Source: Candidatus Calditenuaceae archaeon HR02 (GTDB lineage: Archaea; Thermoproteota; Nitrososphaeria_A; Caldarchaeales; Calditenuaceae). Taken from it: DNA of 32,000 nt. The notes below the pieces were generated by a model that was not told the origin of the DNA, did no database searches, and was given only the letters and a program-made list of their open reading frames with translations. Both the position numbers and the translations under genes were made by a program. Shown piece after piece: positions 1 through 7,881 of this stretch; position 1 is the stretch's first letter, and the number at the start of each line of letters is the position of its first letter. The DNA lies in assembly GCA_002898395.1 (NCBI GenBank), contig BEHE01000001.1:54872-86871 (forward strand), in the 5' to 3' direction.

Positions 1-1
1 G

Positions 2-409
2 GAGGAACTAATCAGGAGGCCGGAACACAAAAAATGCCTAGTCATCGTGAACAAATCTGATATCGACGACGCGAAGGCTAGCGCGGCGATTAGAGAGCTG
101 GAAGCCCGCGGATTCGCTGCGCTCAAAACTTCAGCAAGCTCCGCAGATCTCGAAGGGGTAAAGGAGAGGGTCTTTAAGTCGCTCGACATGATAAGGGTCT
201 ACACTAGGAAGGATGGAGTAGTCTCGGAGAGGCCCATTCTACTAAAGAGAGGTGCGACCGTCTCCCAGCTCGCGGAGAAGATACACAGGGATTTCTCGGA
301 GGCGTTGAAGTATGCGAGGGTTTGGGGTCCCTCCGCAAAGGTTCGAGGGGAGAAGGTAGGGAAGGAGCACGTACTCGAGGATGGTGATATAGTAGAGATA
401 AGGGTCTAG
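2..409 (+). CDS. DRG-family (Obg-like) GTP-binding protein, C-terminal part; 5' end lies outside the window
   Basis: The frame of ORF 47..409 stays open back to nt 2 (EELIRRPEHKKCLVIVNKSD...). VIVNKSD supplies the G4 NKxD motif. The last ~75 aa (IRVYTRKDG...LLKRGATVSQLAEKIHRDF...ARVWG...GDIVEI) look like the TGS beta-grasp domain that ends DRG GTPases. Confidence 0.8.
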   Translation, partial: EELIRRPEHKKCLVIVNKSDIDDAKASAAIRELEARGFAALKTSASSADLEGVKERVFKSLDMIRVYTRKDGVVSERPILLKRGATVSQLAEKIHRDFSEALKYARVWGPSAKVRGEKVGKEHVLEDGDIVEIRV

Positions 410-434
410 GGTGTTATGGGGTTGGATGCGATAG

Positions 435-441
435 TTAAATA
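435..441 (+). promoter_or_regulatory. TATA box (TTAAATA) for the GalT-like gene
   Basis: An A/T-rich heptamer sits 24 nt upstream of ATG 465. This spacing is typical of archaeal promoters that produce leaderless or short-leader mRNAs. Confidence 0.45.
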
Positions 442-464
442 GGCTTGTATAGTCTTACTAAGTC

Positions 465-1502
465 ATGTCGATAGAGTTTAATCGGTATATTGTCGTGTCG
501 CATTTTTCGCCCCCCGGGTTGGGCGAGATTGAAGGGGCTCAGGTGATAGAGTTTCGACGAGATCCGTTGACTGGTAGATGGAGTAGGATAAATATCGAGC
601 GGGCTAAGCGTCCGAAGCAGACGCCAAGCGGAGCAATGGTCCTAAAGGAGTTGGCTGAAAGGACGAGGGATAACTGCCCGTTCTGCCCTGAGAGGATAGA
701 GACCAGTACACCCACCTTCACACTGCTTCCTTATAGACGCCTCCGCCGCGGGGACTGCTGGGTCTTCCCAAACCTATACCCCTTCTCTAAACACCACGCG
801 GTCACAGTATTCACTCCACACCACTACAAGCCACTCGACACAATCACGCCTGAGGAGCTTAAGGCCGGCATAAACTCCGCGATAGAATATCTAAACGACA
901 TCCAAACCATAGACAGGTCCGCACGCTATCCATTACTAGCTTGGAACAATCTCCCACCAGCGGGGGCCAGTATTGTTCACCCACACTTCCAAGTCCTAGT
1001 CGACGAGAGGCCTCCCGGCATAGTGTCACAAGAGATCGGGGCAAGTGAAAAATATGCGGAGAGTGGGGGCTGCTTCTGGGAGGAGCTACTTGAGTCGGAG
1101 GAGGAGAGGGGGGAGAGGCTTGTGAAGTCAAGTCATTCAGTCTCTTGGATTACCAGCTTTTCCCCAATCGGTAACAGGGAGGTCCTAGCGGTCTTCAGGG
1201 GCAGGTCATCACTGGCCGATCTAACTCCCCGCGAAGTGGAAGAGTTTGCAGAGGGTCTAGCATCAGTGCTGAGATATTATTCCGAGTCTGGGTCAGAGAG
1301 TTTAAACATGCTTTTCTACTCTGGACCACTAGGAGATGACATAAGCGGATACTTCTATCTCCACGCAAGGATAATAGCGAGACCGGCTCCATCAACACTC
1401 TACGTGAACGATGATGGCTTCCTCGAGAAGCTATGCGCGGAGCCCATCATAGATATGACGCCAGAAGATCTCGCAAAGGTCCTAAAAAGATACATGAAAT
1501 AG
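465..1502 (+). CDS. Galactose-1-phosphate uridylyltransferase-like nucleotidyltransferase (GalT branch of the HIT superfamily)
   Basis: 345 aa. It has a CPFCP zinc motif near the N-terminus and an HPHFQV active-site His-x-His-x-Gln motif (SIVHPHFQVLV), with length typical of GalT. The ATG at 465 lies 24 nt after a TTAAATA box. Substrate (UDP-hexose versus ADP-glucose phosphorylase type) cannot be decided by eye. Confidence 0.7.
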   Translation: MSIEFNRYIVVSHFSPPGLGEIEGAQVIEFRRDPLTGRWSRINIERAKRPKQTPSGAMVLKELAERTRDNCPFCPERIETSTPTFTLLPYRRLRRGDCWVFPNLYPFSKHHAVTVFTPHHYKPLDTITPEELKAGINSAIEYLNDIQTIDRSARYPLLAWNNLPPAGASIVHPHFQVLVDERPPGIVSQEIGASEKYAESGGCFWEELLESEEERGERLVKSSHSVSWITSFSPIGNREVLAVFRGRSSLADLTPREVEEFAEGLASVLRYYSESGSESLNMLFYSGPLGDDISGYFYLHARIIARPAPSTLYVNDDGFLEKLCAEPIIDMTPEDLAKVLKRYMK

Positions 1503-1554
1503 CCCTGACACGAGTAGTATAGATAGGAATTTTTATTCGCCACCACCCATATGA

Positions 1555-1860
1555 GTGGTGGGGGTCTTGATTACCGTCAAGACAAAGTACTACGCATATC
1601 TTCGCGAGTTGACGGGCATTCGAGAGGAGGAGATAACCCTAAGTGAAGGGGCGACAGTCCTCACCCTCATCGAATACCTCGTCAAGAAATATGGAGCCAG
1701 CTTCAAGAGCTACATACTCGCCGACAACATGGGGCTGAAGCCTAGCATCGTCATCGCAATTAATGGTGTCAAGATTTCGGATGATCCGCTTAATAGAAGA
1801 CTGCGGGATGGCGACACTTTAGTTATCCTACCCCCAATATCTGGGGGAGTTAACGTCTAA
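1555..1860 (+). CDS. MoaD/ThiS-family ubiquitin-like beta-grasp protein (sulfur carrier / SAMP-like) with a 3-residue tail after the Gly-Gly
   Basis: 101 aa. The pattern matches MoaD: YAYLRELTG...EGATVLTLIEYL...VIAINGV...LRDGDTLVILPPISGG, followed by VNV and a stop. GTG start, with a TTTTTATT box at 1530-1537. Confidence 0.7.
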   Translation: MVGVLITVKTKYYAYLRELTGIREEEITLSEGATVLTLIEYLVKKYGASFKSYILADNMGLKPSIVIAINGVKISDDPLNRRLRDGDTLVILPPISGGVNV

Positions 1861-2164
1861 GCCTCCTTAAAGCATCCAAGTCCATTGTCCCGTACGTCCT
1901 ATACACATTTATTACCAGCACGACTCCCACGGTGATGACCGCAGCCCCAGCTGCCATTGAGAGGACGACTATTGCCAGGGCATAGGGGTCTATTCCCCCT
2001 GGACTGTTCACCGCAAAAACAACGAAGTTTAGATGGGCCGCATTGATCATAAGCTCAACGCCTATCAATTGTTTAATGATGTTTCGCTTAGTCGTGAGGG
2101 TGTATATCCCGATCACGAAGATTAGGCCGGCAAAGATTGTATAGATTGTTGGGCTGAGGGCCAA
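1850..2164 (-). CDS. nuoK: NuoK-like membrane subunit (complex I subunit K / ND4L family; MrpC/MbhG are the related alternatives)
   Basis: 104 aa with 3 TM helices. TKRNIIKQLIGVELMINAAHLNFVVFA parallels the E. coli NuoK segment [24 protein letters not shown] as I recall it, including the membrane Glu. The C-terminal basic tail is also NuoK-like. Confidence 0.7.
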   Translation of the reverse strand: MALSPTIYTIFAGLIFVIGIYTLTTKRNIIKQLIGVELMINAAHLNFVVFAVNSPGGIDPYALAIVVLSMAAGAAVITVGVVLVINVYRTYGTMDLDALRRLRR

Positions 2165-2168
2165 CCCT

Positions 2169-2429
2169 CTACTCTCCCTCCCTCAGAAGCGAAACAAGTC
2201 CGACAACGATTGTGAGAAGTATCACAATAACCCCTGTTAGCACTGGGAAGAATCCCCCCCAGACATAGTCGCTTAAGACCCGGCCGATATCCTCAAGCCC
2301 GCCACTTATCACCCGATGCAAGTTCTCACCCCAATATTCGTATAGCAGGGGACGCGTAGCTAAGCTCGTCAAGAATAGTGCCGAAAAGAGGGCTGTCGCG
2401 AGTATTCCCAACACCTCATTCACCCTCAA
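2169..2429 (-). CDS. Small 2-TM membrane protein, possibly the C-terminal piece of a split NuoJ (MbhE-like)
   Basis: 86 aa. The stop/start overlaps the upstream NuoJ-like ORF (2426-2429). IGRVLSDYVWGGFFPVLTGVIVILLTIVVGLVSLLRE loosely resembles the last loop plus helix of NuoJ. This is a weak call. Confidence 0.4.
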   Translation of the reverse strand: MRVNEVLGILATALFSALFLTSLATRPLLYEYWGENLHRVISGGLEDIGRVLSDYVWGGFFPVLTGVIVILLTIVVGLVSLLREGE

Positions 2430-2716
2430 GTCTCATCCCTCCTAGTCGTCACCATTAACACCAATAGGAATAGGGCCATTACACCTCCGGAGTATACAAT
2501 CATCTGGATCGCACCAATATGGACCGCACCCAACGCCACAAAGATCAAGCCCACAGCTACGGTGAAGAGCAAAAGCCCAAAGACCGAGCGGGTGAGGCTG
2601 CGGGTCTCCACGGCAAATGCAGAGAACACCACAGCGAGGACCAGTAGAAGGAGCTCGAGACCCTCAAGCATCAAGGCCATGAGAAAAACCTTCAAGCCTC
2701 TACAAATATGTGACAT
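2426..2716 (-). CDS. NuoJ-like (ND6 family) membrane protein, N-terminal three-helix module (MbhD-like)
   Basis: 96 aa. AVVFSAFAVETRSLTRSVFGLLLFTVAVGLIFVALGAVHIGAIQMIVYSGGVMALFLLVLMV follows the NuoJ pattern (helix 1, then ...NPV.S.L.L..., then ...A.F.a..Q..VY.G..m.LF.FV.M). The true start may be the internal Met (MALMLEG). Confidence 0.55.
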   Translation of the reverse strand: MSHICRGLKVFLMALMLEGLELLLLVLAVVFSAFAVETRSLTRSVFGLLLFTVAVGLIFVALGAVHIGAIQMIVYSGGVMALFLLVLMVTTRRDET

Positions 2717-2754
2717 TTCCCGACATCGACTCCAGAAGCGTCAGTATATGCGAG

Positions 2755-3126
2755 CTATTTGTCTCTCCGGAGTATACGGGGCAAAGAGAGGGAGACGAGC
2801 AGCCATGCAAGAGCTATCATAAGGCCGTGGCCCAGCCTAAACTCGACGCCTCTTGTGGCATCTATAACAGGGCCCCACATCCTATAAGTGATGTAGGCTG
2901 CGACCGCTGCGGTGTATGTAGCGAGAATATTTGGGCGTGTATTAGTGAGGGATAGTGCCAGGGCCGCGGAGAATAGGGCTACGTTTAGGAGGTTGGAGAG
3001 GACGAGGTGAGTGAATCCAGCTTCAATCCACAGCCTAGCGCCTTGAGCTGTGTATAGAAGCATGTTCGTGGCTGCGAGCGCCACGAATATCTTGCTCGTC
3101 TGGTTCATTTCATCGCTGAGGATCAC
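2755..3126 (-). CDS. Hypothetical polytopic membrane protein (about 4 TM), no family recognised
   Basis: 123 aa, hydrophobic. Its GTG start overlaps the L18 stop codon (GTGA at 3123-3126), and an in-frame ATG sits at 3108. No NuoA (PYECG) or MrpG motifs are visible. Confidence 0.5.
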   Translation of the reverse strand: MILSDEMNQTSKIFVALAATNMLLYTAQGARLWIEAGFTHLVLSNLLNVALFSAALALSLTNTRPNILATYTAAVAAYITYRMWGPVIDATRGVEFRLGHGLMIALAWLLVSLSLPRILRRDK

Positions 3127-3719
3127 TGGAGCAGGTTCAAGCCAGGTCCTCCCTGCGCTATTTTTTGCTTGACTTCCTCGAAGTGTTTAGGGAGGCTCTC
3201 AATATACTCTGGGTCTAGGGCGTGGAATTGGGTGGCGTTTCCTGATCCTTTAACGATTTTGAGGAAGTCTGCTATGTGCTGGCCCCTTATCCGCTCATCA
3301 GAGGGGAGGACGCCCTCGCCTACAGGTATTGACAGCCCAGCGTCCAATGCACCCTTGACAGCCGCATAGAGCCGCGAGCCGGGATGGGATGGGTGTAATC
3401 CGAAGTCTACTATCGCTTCGGAATACCCCTTCTGGAGTGCCAGTTTACCCGCCATGAATCCAGCTAGATAGGCTGCTGGCGTGGATTTTGTTCCACCCCT
3501 CCAGCCATACTGTCTGAGGGCCCTTGTGGTAACGGTCAGAGCGGTATAGTCTCCGCCTCGCCTTGACTCAACTATCTGCACAATCACATACTTGTTTGTC
3601 CTCCTTACAACTAGCCGCGGCTTACCCGACTTCACTATCTTCAGTCTTTTCCTATAGTTAGTCTTCCCGCTCAGGGCTCTTCGCGGAAGCCTCCTTTCCA
3701 GAATGTATCTTGGCGGCAA
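3123..3719 (-). CDS. rpl18: 50S ribosomal protein L18 (uL18, L18P/L5e family)
   Basis: 198 aa. The N-terminus RRALSGKTNYRKRLKIVKSGKPRLVVRRTNKYVIVQIV is the archaeal uL18 signature. It sits directly after L19e, as in the archaeal spc cluster. Confidence 0.95.
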   Translation of the reverse strand: MPPRYILERRLPRRALSGKTNYRKRLKIVKSGKPRLVVRRTNKYVIVQIVESRRGGDYTALTVTTRALRQYGWRGGTKSTPAAYLAGFMAGKLALQKGYSEAIVDFGLHPSHPGSRLYAAVKGALDAGLSIPVGEGVLPSDERIRGQHIADFLKIVKGSGNATQFHALDPEYIESLPKHFEEVKQKIAQGGPGLNLLQ

Positions 3720-3721
3720 TC

Positions 3722-4150
3722 CTATGCACCAGCCAGCAGTAGGTTATTCTCTTTGAGGTAGGTTTTGAGCTCTGCGACTGATTTGAAGCGGCCGGCCTTT
3801 ATCTGGAGATAGATGTGCCGGTAGGAGCCATCCTTAAGCAGCTTCGCGGCCTTTAACCGCCTCAAGTATCTTCTTTGAGCCCTCACCCTCATCAACCACC
3901 TCTCCTTTCTCGAGAGGATGGAGTATTTTCCCCCTTTCCTCCTACCTGGCCCCCTCTTACCAGCCTCTTTTCTCCGCGTGTTTCCCCGCTTGGGAGCTGC
4001 ATAGATTGCACCCTCACCAATCAACTGTCTTATATCAGACCGCGTTATCGCGTCCTCGATATCCTCAAGCCTCTCAGGGTCAAATCTGACCCTGCTCTCG
4101 CCGCACTTGAGTATATCAGCCGCCAACCTTCGCTGTATTGCTAGGCTCAT
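3722..4150 (-). CDS. rpl19e: 50S ribosomal protein L19e (eL19)
   Basis: 142 aa. MSLAIQRRLAADILKCGESRVRFDP...ITRSDIRQLI is the eL19 N-terminal signature, followed by a basic C-terminal half. Confidence 0.95.
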   Translation of the reverse strand: MSLAIQRRLAADILKCGESRVRFDPERLEDIEDAITRSDIRQLIGEGAIYAAPKRGNTRRKEAGKRGPGRRKGGKYSILSRKERWLMRVRAQRRYLRRLKAAKLLKDGSYRHIYLQIKAGRFKSVAELKTYLKENNLLLAGA

Positions 4151-4566
4151 TCCTCCACACCTCTCGGTGGGTTGAGAACCTTAAAACCCATAGAAGTTGC
4201 TTTTTCATAAATTCTGAGCTTGCTCCTTGCACCCAGTGAGCCTGCGAGCCTAACCGCGTGAATGCTTGGGTCGAGACCCTCTAGCTCTGAGACACTGTGT
4301 ACCAATACTTCGCGGAAGCCTGATGGGTGCAGCCCCCTGAATTTACGGGGGGACCGGTAGCCAACCTTGGCCAGCGGCGGCCACCCCCTCTTCTGAAGTC
4401 TCATCTTACTATCCTTCCCCCGCGGCCTCCTCCACTTCTCTCCCAGACGGACATACCTCCAGGCCTCCTGCCTCACAAACTTGGGCCTCTCCTTTCTCAT
4501 CCGGAGTACGGACCGCGGGATCTTGATGGCCGCCTTCCTCTTAGCCTCCCCGCCTTCCTCAGACAT
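4147..4566 (-). CDS. rpl32e: 50S ribosomal protein L32e (eL32)
   Basis: FVRQEAWRYVRLGEKWRRPRGKDSKMR...GYRSPRKFRGLHPSGF...VRLAGSLGARSK is typical eL32. The longest ORF starts at GTG 4605, but that codon lies inside the TATA element (minus-strand TTTTTATAG, 4589-4597). The ATG at 4566 lies ~27 nt downstream of that element, so I prefer 4566. Confidence 0.9.
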   Translation of the reverse strand: MSEEGGEAKRKAAIKIPRSVLRMRKERPKFVRQEAWRYVRLGEKWRRPRGKDSKMRLQKRGWPPLAKVGYRSPRKFRGLHPSGFREVLVHSVSELEGLDPSIHAVRLAGSLGARSKLRIYEKATSMGFKVLNPPRGVEE

Positions 4567-4588
4567 CCACTCTTCTCCATCTCCCCGT

Positions 4589-4597
4589 CTATAAAAA
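4589..4597. promoter_or_regulatory. Shared TATA element between divergent rpl32e and the GH57 gene
   Basis: It reads TATAAAAAC on the + strand and GTTTTTATA on the - strand. It lies ~27 nt from ATG 4566 (rpl32e) and ~48 nt from TTG 4641 (GH57). It is the only A/T-rich element in the 74-nt divergent spacer. Confidence 0.5.
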
Positions 4598-4640
4598 CCC
4601 GACACGAATATAGCCCCCCAGTCGCCATTCTATCTGGCAG

Positions 4641-6185
4641 TTGCCGAGCATCTGCCTTTCATTCGAAGTGCACCAGCCCTATAGACTAAATACTAGGCTG
4701 AGAGGGGAGGACTTCTCTAAGATCGGGGCTGGAGACCTCCCTGAGGCATTCTTCGATAACGCCCTCAACAGGGAGATTTTCCTCAGGGTTGCTAGGAAGT
4801 GCTACATACCAGCCAACGATATCATCCTGAGGGCTATAGATGAAGCTAAGTCTTTGGGGAGGGAGTTTAAGGTTAACTTCAGCGTGTCAGGCGTCTTCCT
4901 AGAGCAGGCTGAGAAGTGGGCGCCAGAGGTCATAGAGCAGTTCAGGATGATGGTTGAGAGCGGGAATGTTGAGTTACTTGAGCAGACGTATTACCATTCT
5001 CTCGCCAGCCTGTATGGGGGTGATAGTAATGAGTTTAAGGAGCAGGTTGCGATGCATCGTGAGGCGGTCAAATCTCTTTTCGGATATGAGCCAAGGGTCT
5101 TTGAGAATACGGAGCTACTCTACAACAACTCGGTGGCTAAAGCTGTCTGGGAGATGGGGTATAAGGGAATTATAATAGAAGGCGTGGAGAGGGTTTTGCA
5201 GAACCGCTCACCTAACCGCCTCTACATAGCTGCTGGAACGGGTCTCAAGGTCATGACCAGGAACTATAGGCTCTCAGACGACATAGCCTTCAGATTTTCG
5301 GAGAGGTCTTGGCCCGGATACCCCCTCACAGCCGAGAAATATGCGGCATGGCTGGCCGCAACTCCAGGAGACTACATATTGATATTCATAGACTATGAGA
5401 CGTTTGGGGAGCACCACTGGCCTGAGTCGGGGATACACGACTTTCTGAGACACCTACCCCGCGAGGTTTTGAGACATGAGAACCTGACCTTCAACACAGC
5501 GTCAGAGGTCGTAGAGAGGTTTGAGGCCTCAGACGTCATATCGGTGGGTGAGTTGGAGACAATATCTTGGGCCGATGTGGAGAAGAGCACAGACGCATGG
5601 CTCGGCAACGACATGCAGATGACATGCTTTAACGCTTTGAAGAGGGCGGAGAAGGCTGTTAAGAGGACTGGGTCGCAGAATATACTCCGGGCGTGGAGGA
5701 CCTTGCAGATAAGCGATCACCTATACTACATGTATTCGAGACGCGGCCCTTCAGGCGTGGTCCACGCATACTTCGGCTACACAGACCAGATGAACATGTA
5801 CTACGCCATGTTGAGGGCACTATCACACCTTCAATTCCTAGCCTCGGAGGCGATAGGGGGTTCGGAGGGCGAGGCTGTCAGGCTCCTAAGGGTTGTCCCA
5901 CCAGACAGAGCCTTCCATTACCACGAAGATGGGAGATACATCGGGCTCTCGGCCCACTCACTCTACGAGCTTCTACATACAATCCCTCTGGCGACAAGGG
6001 AATCCATACTCTTTCACATGGCTTGTAAGCATTTGGAGAGGTGGGTGAGATGGACGATTGGAGACGGGGCGCTGGCAGACAGAGTTAGGGAGATCGAGGC
6101 AGACACGAGCGAGGAGTTGGTCGAAAGGCTGACTAGGATTATAAAGGAGAGGATTAGTGAGCTAGAGTCCCGCATAGCAGCCTAG
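4641..6185 (+). CDS. Glycoside hydrolase family 57 alpha-amylase-like enzyme (AmyC-type)
   Basis: 514 aa with GH57 conserved regions: ICLSFEVHQPYRL (region I), GNVELLEQTYYH (II), VFENTELLY (III, nucleophile Glu), FIDYETFGEHH (IV) and LQISDHLYYM (V). TTG 4641 is the only canonical start, because an in-frame TAG lies at 4611-4613. Confidence 0.85.
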   Translation: MPSICLSFEVHQPYRLNTRLRGEDFSKIGAGDLPEAFFDNALNREIFLRVARKCYIPANDIILRAIDEAKSLGREFKVNFSVSGVFLEQAEKWAPEVIEQFRMMVESGNVELLEQTYYHSLASLYGGDSNEFKEQVAMHREAVKSLFGYEPRVFENTELLYNNSVAKAVWEMGYKGIIIEGVERVLQNRSPNRLYIAAGTGLKVMTRNYRLSDDIAFRFSERSWPGYPLTAEKYAAWLAATPGDYILIFIDYETFGEHHWPESGIHDFLRHLPREVLRHENLTFNTASEVVERFEASDVISVGELETISWADVEKSTDAWLGNDMQMTCFNALKRAEKAVKRTGSQNILRAWRTLQISDHLYYMYSRRGPSGVVHAYFGYTDQMNMYYAMLRALSHLQFLASEAIGGSEGEAVRLLRVVPPDRAFHYHEDGRYIGLSAHSLYELLHTIPLATRESILFHMACKHLERWVRWTIGDGALADRVREIEADTSEELVERLTRIIKERISELESRIAA

Positions 6186-7720
6186 GATTCGATGTCTCTA
6201 AGCCAGTTCCTCGAACGGGACACGGCCGCCCTCCAGGCCCTCAACCCCCTCACCCTCCGCTCAGCTGACCAGCGCGGGCGGAATACAGCTGAGGCACGCC
6301 ACATCCCTCTCAACTCCTCTACATCCCGCCAGACACCCGCTGCGAGACCTGCTGCATAGGCAGCCCCAAGCGAAGTGGTCTCGGTAAACTCCGGCCTAAC
6401 GACCTCACATCCTAAAACGTCTGCCTGCAACTGCATCAGCACGTCGTTCATAGATGCGCCCCCGTCAACGCGAAGCACCGACAACTTCACCCCAGTGTCC
6501 CTGTAAATCGATTCGACAACGTCGTAGGTCTGCCAGCAGATGCTCTCGAGGGCCGCATAGACAATGTGCTCCCTCCTCGAGTATGCTGATAAGCCTATTA
6601 TTAGCCCCCGAGCAGAGGGGTCCCAGTAGGGTGCGAAGAGGCCACTGAATGCTGGAACAAAATACACGCCTGCTGACCCCTCATCCCCAGCCCTAGCAGC
6701 GACCTCACCGCTCTCCCTCGGAGAGCTTATAAGCCCAATATTCTCCGACAGCCACTTGAGTAGTGAGCCGGCAATAGCTATCGATCCCTCCATAGCATAG
6801 ACAGCCCTGCCCCTCTCCATGCTGTAAGCCACGGTTGTCAGAAGCCCATGCTGTGAAAGAACCGGCCTCTCTCCTATATTCTGTAGCAGAAAGCATCCTG
6901 TACCATACGTGTTCTTCGCATCTCCTACAGAGTAACATGTCTGGCCGAATAGGGCTGCCTGCTGGTCGCCGAGGTCTCCACACACTGGGACCACACCATC
7001 AACCATCCCCCACAGATCTGTATATCCGTAACAATCCCTCGAGATACTTGGGAGGGGCTGGGGCATGATCTCGGCCGGTATCCCAAAGAGCTTTAGCAGC
7101 TCCTCAGACCATTCCAGCTTCTCGATGTCGAAAAGCATGGTTCTAGAGGCGTTTGTATAGTCAGTGACATGGACCCCACCCCTATTTTCCCCGACACCCC
7201 TGGTCAGATTCCAGATCAGCCAGGTGTCCATTGTCCCGAAGGCTAGCTCTCCTGTCTTGGCTAGCTCAGCAGCCTTTGGGACGTTCTTGAGTATCCACTC
7301 TATCTTCGTTGCGGAGAAATAGGTTGATGCGTAGAGGCCTGTGAGCCTGTGGATTGGGTCCGTCTCCAGCCCCTCCGCCCTAAGTTGGTCACACCGCTCC
7401 CTTGTCCTCGTATCCTGCCATACGATTGCGTTGTAGACTGGCATCCCCGTCCTCCTATTCCATATAACCGTAGTCTCCCGCTGGTTTGTCACACCCACTG
7501 CGACGACGCTCCTCTTTCCCGCGGGCAGACCCCTCAGCGCCTCTCCCACCACGTATTTCGTCGCCTCTAGTATCTCCACCGGGTTGTGCTCAACCCACCC
7601 TGGCCTCGGATAGATGTTAGTATGCTCCTTATACGCCCAAGAAAGTGGCCGCCCAGCTTCATCAGCTACCAGACACCTAGTACCGGTCGTTCCCTGATCA
7701 ATGGAGACAATGTACCTCAA
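6182..7720 (-). CDS. glpK: Glycerol kinase
   Basis: IVSIDQGTTGTRCLV...YPRPGWVEHNPVEI...GVTNQRETTVIWNRRTGMPVYNAIVWQDTR... is the classical FGGY/GlpK signature along the whole length. The longest ORF begins at GTG 7777. TTG 7720 would give MRYIVSIDQGTTG, the usual GlpK N-terminus, so the start remains uncertain (7720/7771/7777). Confidence 0.9.
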   Translation of the reverse strand: MRYIVSIDQGTTGTRCLVADEAGRPLSWAYKEHTNIYPRPGWVEHNPVEILEATKYVVGEALRGLPAGKRSVVAVGVTNQRETTVIWNRRTGMPVYNAIVWQDTRTRERCDQLRAEGLETDPIHRLTGLYASTYFSATKIEWILKNVPKAAELAKTGELAFGTMDTWLIWNLTRGVGENRGGVHVTDYTNASRTMLFDIEKLEWSEELLKLFGIPAEIMPQPLPSISRDCYGYTDLWGMVDGVVPVCGDLGDQQAALFGQTCYSVGDAKNTYGTGCFLLQNIGERPVLSQHGLLTTVAYSMERGRAVYAMEGSIAIAGSLLKWLSENIGLISSPRESGEVAARAGDEGSAGVYFVPAFSGLFAPYWDPSARGLIIGLSAYSRREHIVYAALESICWQTYDVVESIYRDTGVKLSVLRVDGGASMNDVLMQLQADVLGCEVVRPEFTETTSLGAAYAAGLAAGVWRDVEELRGMWRASAVFRPRWSAERRVRGLRAWRAAVSRSRNWLRDIES

Positions 7721-7881
7721 GTCCAGAACCCCATGTGAGGAGTGCGGTAATATCCTTTGCGGACAGCACACTGACACTCCTCCTTATGCAACTATCCATA
7801 AAGGGTCTTCCAAAAGTGCTTTAACCACTGTGGGGATACTGGTGAACTATTTTATCCACGTATCAATGCGTTGGGGTAGGC

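Noticed and set aside
1850-2716. Interpretation of the small membrane genes as an Mrp (Mnh) Na+/H+ antiporter cluster.
   Set aside because: The 104-aa protein has the LIGVELMINA motif of NuoK rather than the MnhC-type G..LL.HA.NL pattern. The 96-aa protein follows the NuoJ Q..VY.G pattern. No MrpA/D, E, F or G-like genes are present. The Mbh/Mbx D/E/G relationship remains possible and is noted in the features.
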